Source of the DNA: Octopus sinensis
Lineage: Eukaryota
Direction of reading: 5' to 3'
NCBI RefSeq assembly: GCF_006345805.1
Contig: NW_021828544.1
Coordinates: 1 to 8,006 of the forward strand
Length of the DNA: 8,006 nt
Shown: positions 6,541 through 8,006 of the stretch, in pieces
Position numbering within the stretch: the stretch's first letter is position 1
Layout of the letters: the number at the start of each line of letters is the position of its first letter
Made by a program: the position numbers and the translations under genes
The notes under the pieces: model-generated
The model's input: only the letters and a program-made list of their open reading frames with translations
Database searches by the model: none
Told to the model about the DNA's origin: nothing

Positions 6541-7229
6541 TAATTAAATATTTATTGCCAGAAACGGCTACGTTTCTTTCTCTGATGTTTTACATAGTTT
6601 AACATATTTCCAGCCATTGAAACATGTTCTCTCAGAGAATGCTTTTGCCAACCTACACGGGTGACGCCGGGAGAAACAAAACAGGAATTCTGAAAGGCAT
6701 ATCCTATAAAACAAGAGTTTAAACATTGAATGTCTGGTGGGTGGGGTCCACCAGAATAAAATAGTAATCAAAGGGGTTCATAGAGAAAAGAAAGGACTTT
6801 TTCGGTTTGAACAGCAGTTTTTAACATAATTTCTAGGTAACTAAAAAATTTTAAACTTCGTATACTGGTAGAATGTGTTTATAAAACATCTTTTTCTCTT
6901 GGCTTTATTGAGAAAATTCTATGGTTTGTAAGATATTTGTTGATTTTTTTTTTTTCAATTTCTGCAATTTCAACCAATCAATGAATTCTATTGAGGTAAA
7001 AAAAAATTCTGTGCCGTATGAATACGTCCCTCGTTTAAGAAACAGATTGGGTTTATTTACATTTGTGAAGAAAAAAAGATACCATTCCCCCCGCCCCTAA
7101 CCATAAAACATTGAAATGCAATATATCGATACTAGGGTCATAATTATGGGTGACAATTTCATATGACACCGCTAGAAAAAACTGCCGTTCAAACCGAAAA
7201 GATCCAAAGAAAACGGCTGAAAACCTCTG
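6541..7229. mobile_element. hAT (Charlie-like) non-autonomous remnant; right end only, interrupted by 6794-7205
   Basis: Reverse complement of 7216-7229 is CAGAGGTTTTCAGC, resembling CAGGGGTTCTCAAC-type hAT TIRs. The 8-bp flank ACCTAGAG (7230-7237) has the central CTAG of Charlie-type targets. Subterminal GGGGTYCA at 6743 and 6773. No left TIR or second TSD was found, so the left boundary is a guess. Confidence 0.5.
6794..7205. mobile_element. Complete 412-bp MITE with 29-bp TIRs (GGATCTTTTCGGTTTGAACGGCAGTTTTT-type)
   Basis: 6794-6822 vs reverse complement of 7177-7205 match at 26/29. AAAGAAA flanks both sides (6787-6793, 7206-7212). No meaningful ORF. Confidence 0.9.
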
Positions 7230-7370
7230 ACCTAGAGAGATTTTATTCGGTCACAAGACAGCTAGAATTAGCAGTCAAACCTCCTCAAATCAACCTCCGC
7301 TACTGCTTTGGAAAGGAAAAGATCCAGTATATAGTATAGTCTAAGATAACCGTGTTTGATACAAAAATAA

Positions 7371-7746
7371 ACCAATTGGTCACGGTTGAAGCACCCTTCT
7401 TTGATGATTGTAGTCCTGTTCAATGAAGGCTAAACAAGCTGACCAATAACACTATTTTCTCGAGCGAATTAGCGGTTTAAGAGGAGTGCAGCGGCAATTC
7501 GAATTCGAAGGAAAGTCGTTGCCTCTTCAATCAGGGAGTCAAGATTAATCCATCTTCCTTTAAAGTGTTAATTTGTTTTAATTGTCAGCTCATTCAAACT
7601 AGTGTAACACTTGTTTCTGATATTTCTCTTTTGTTTCCACATCACTCCCGGCCATTGGCTGTCCGATCGAGGCGATGGCAAACTTTATTAATGTCATTGA
7701 CGGTCAACTTGTAACAGCAGCCAAGTACATCTGACACGAATGGCCG
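7371..7746. promoter_or_regulatory. Candidate cis-regulatory region (CCAAT boxes plus homeodomain/TALE-type motifs)
   Basis: Palindromic ACCAATTGGT 7371-7380, CCAAT 7443-7447, AGCCAATGG on minus 7660-7652, TAATCC 7546-7551, TAATTGTCAG 7579-7588, TTTATTAATGTCA 7684-7696, TTGACGGTCAA 7697-7707. Motif matches only; no functional data. Confidence 0.25.
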
Positions 7747-7823
7747 TTGGAACAGTTAAAAAAAAAAAAAAGACAAAACCTATTTATTCTCATTTGCAAC
7801 CAGCCTCCTTCCTCTTTGTGTTA

Positions 7824-7824
<1 letters not shown>

Positions 7825-7855
<31 letters not shown>
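7825..7855. repeat. (TG)15.5 microsatellite
   Basis: Direct read of the sequence. Confidence 0.95.
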
Positions 7856-7857
<2 letters not shown>

Positions 7858-7858
<1 letters not shown>

Positions 7859-8006
7859 AAACACCTAAAAAAAAGCTCCACGGGGCTCCGGCAGGGAGTG
7901 GTGATCCCTGCTGTACTCTTTCGCCACAACTTTCTCTCATCACTTAGCCAGCGGGGTGGCGTCATTCAAAGGCTAAAACAATGCGAACGCATTGTGACCA
8001 GCGCAT
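7858..8006 (+). mobile_element. SINE family B body fragment (head absent), running off the window
   Basis: AAACACCTAAAAAAAAGCTCCACGGGGCTCCGGCAGGG aligns with AAACACCTAAGTTCCACAAGGCTTAGGCGGG at 5673-5703. The downstream sequence matches my recollection of an octopus SINE body (unverified). Confidence 0.65.

Noticed and set aside
6733-6755. TCTGGTGG/CCACCAGA hairpin as a Helitron 3' end or terminator
   Set aside because: No CTRR terminus follows, it lies inside the hAT-like remnant, and the context is eukaryotic.
6134-6771. ORFs 6134-6406, 6288-6521, 6295-6543 and 6568-6771
   Set aside because: They lie within SINE C, its (AT)n tract (YIYIYI) and the hAT-like remnant; not genes.
7316-7325. 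Third GAAAAGATCC as another transposon end
   Set aside because: No adjacent TIR or subterminal similarity.
5578-8006. One SINE B copy split by a 2.1-kb insertion (5578-5700 plus 7858-8006)
   Set aside because: The two fragments overlap by about 30 nt of homologous but diverged sequence, which fits two separate partial copies better than a clean split.
1-8006. CRISPR array, operon or other prokaryotic/phage system
   Set aside because: No regularly spaced repeat-spacer array and no long ORFs; the recurring 20-60 bp motifs are explained by dispersed SINE and MITE copies.

Overview
AT-rich, repeat-dominated eukaryotic DNA, probably intronic or intergenic. The SINE sequences and dense di/tetranucleotide microsatellites match my recollection of octopod cephalopod (Octopus-like) genomes; this is recall, not a database search. 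No protein-coding gene, rRNA, real tRNA, CRISPR array or prokaryotic system is supportable. The supplied ORFs mostly fall in microsatellites or repeats, and none of the rest resembles a family I recognise. The window holds at least three kinds of tRNA-derived SINE, including two head-to-tail dimers. It also holds several non-autonomous DNA transposons: a complete 412-bp TIR element nested in an hAT-like remnant, two diverged relatives, and a TA-flanked Tc1/mariner-like element missing most of one TIR. Other features are a 67-bp-arm inverted repeat (428-617), large compound microsatellites, and an apparently non-repetitive stretch (~7370-7770) rich in CCAAT and homeodomain-type motifs. I found no evidence of a new gene system. 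The best leads are transposon architecture, dsRNA-forming potential and a candidate cis-regulatory element.
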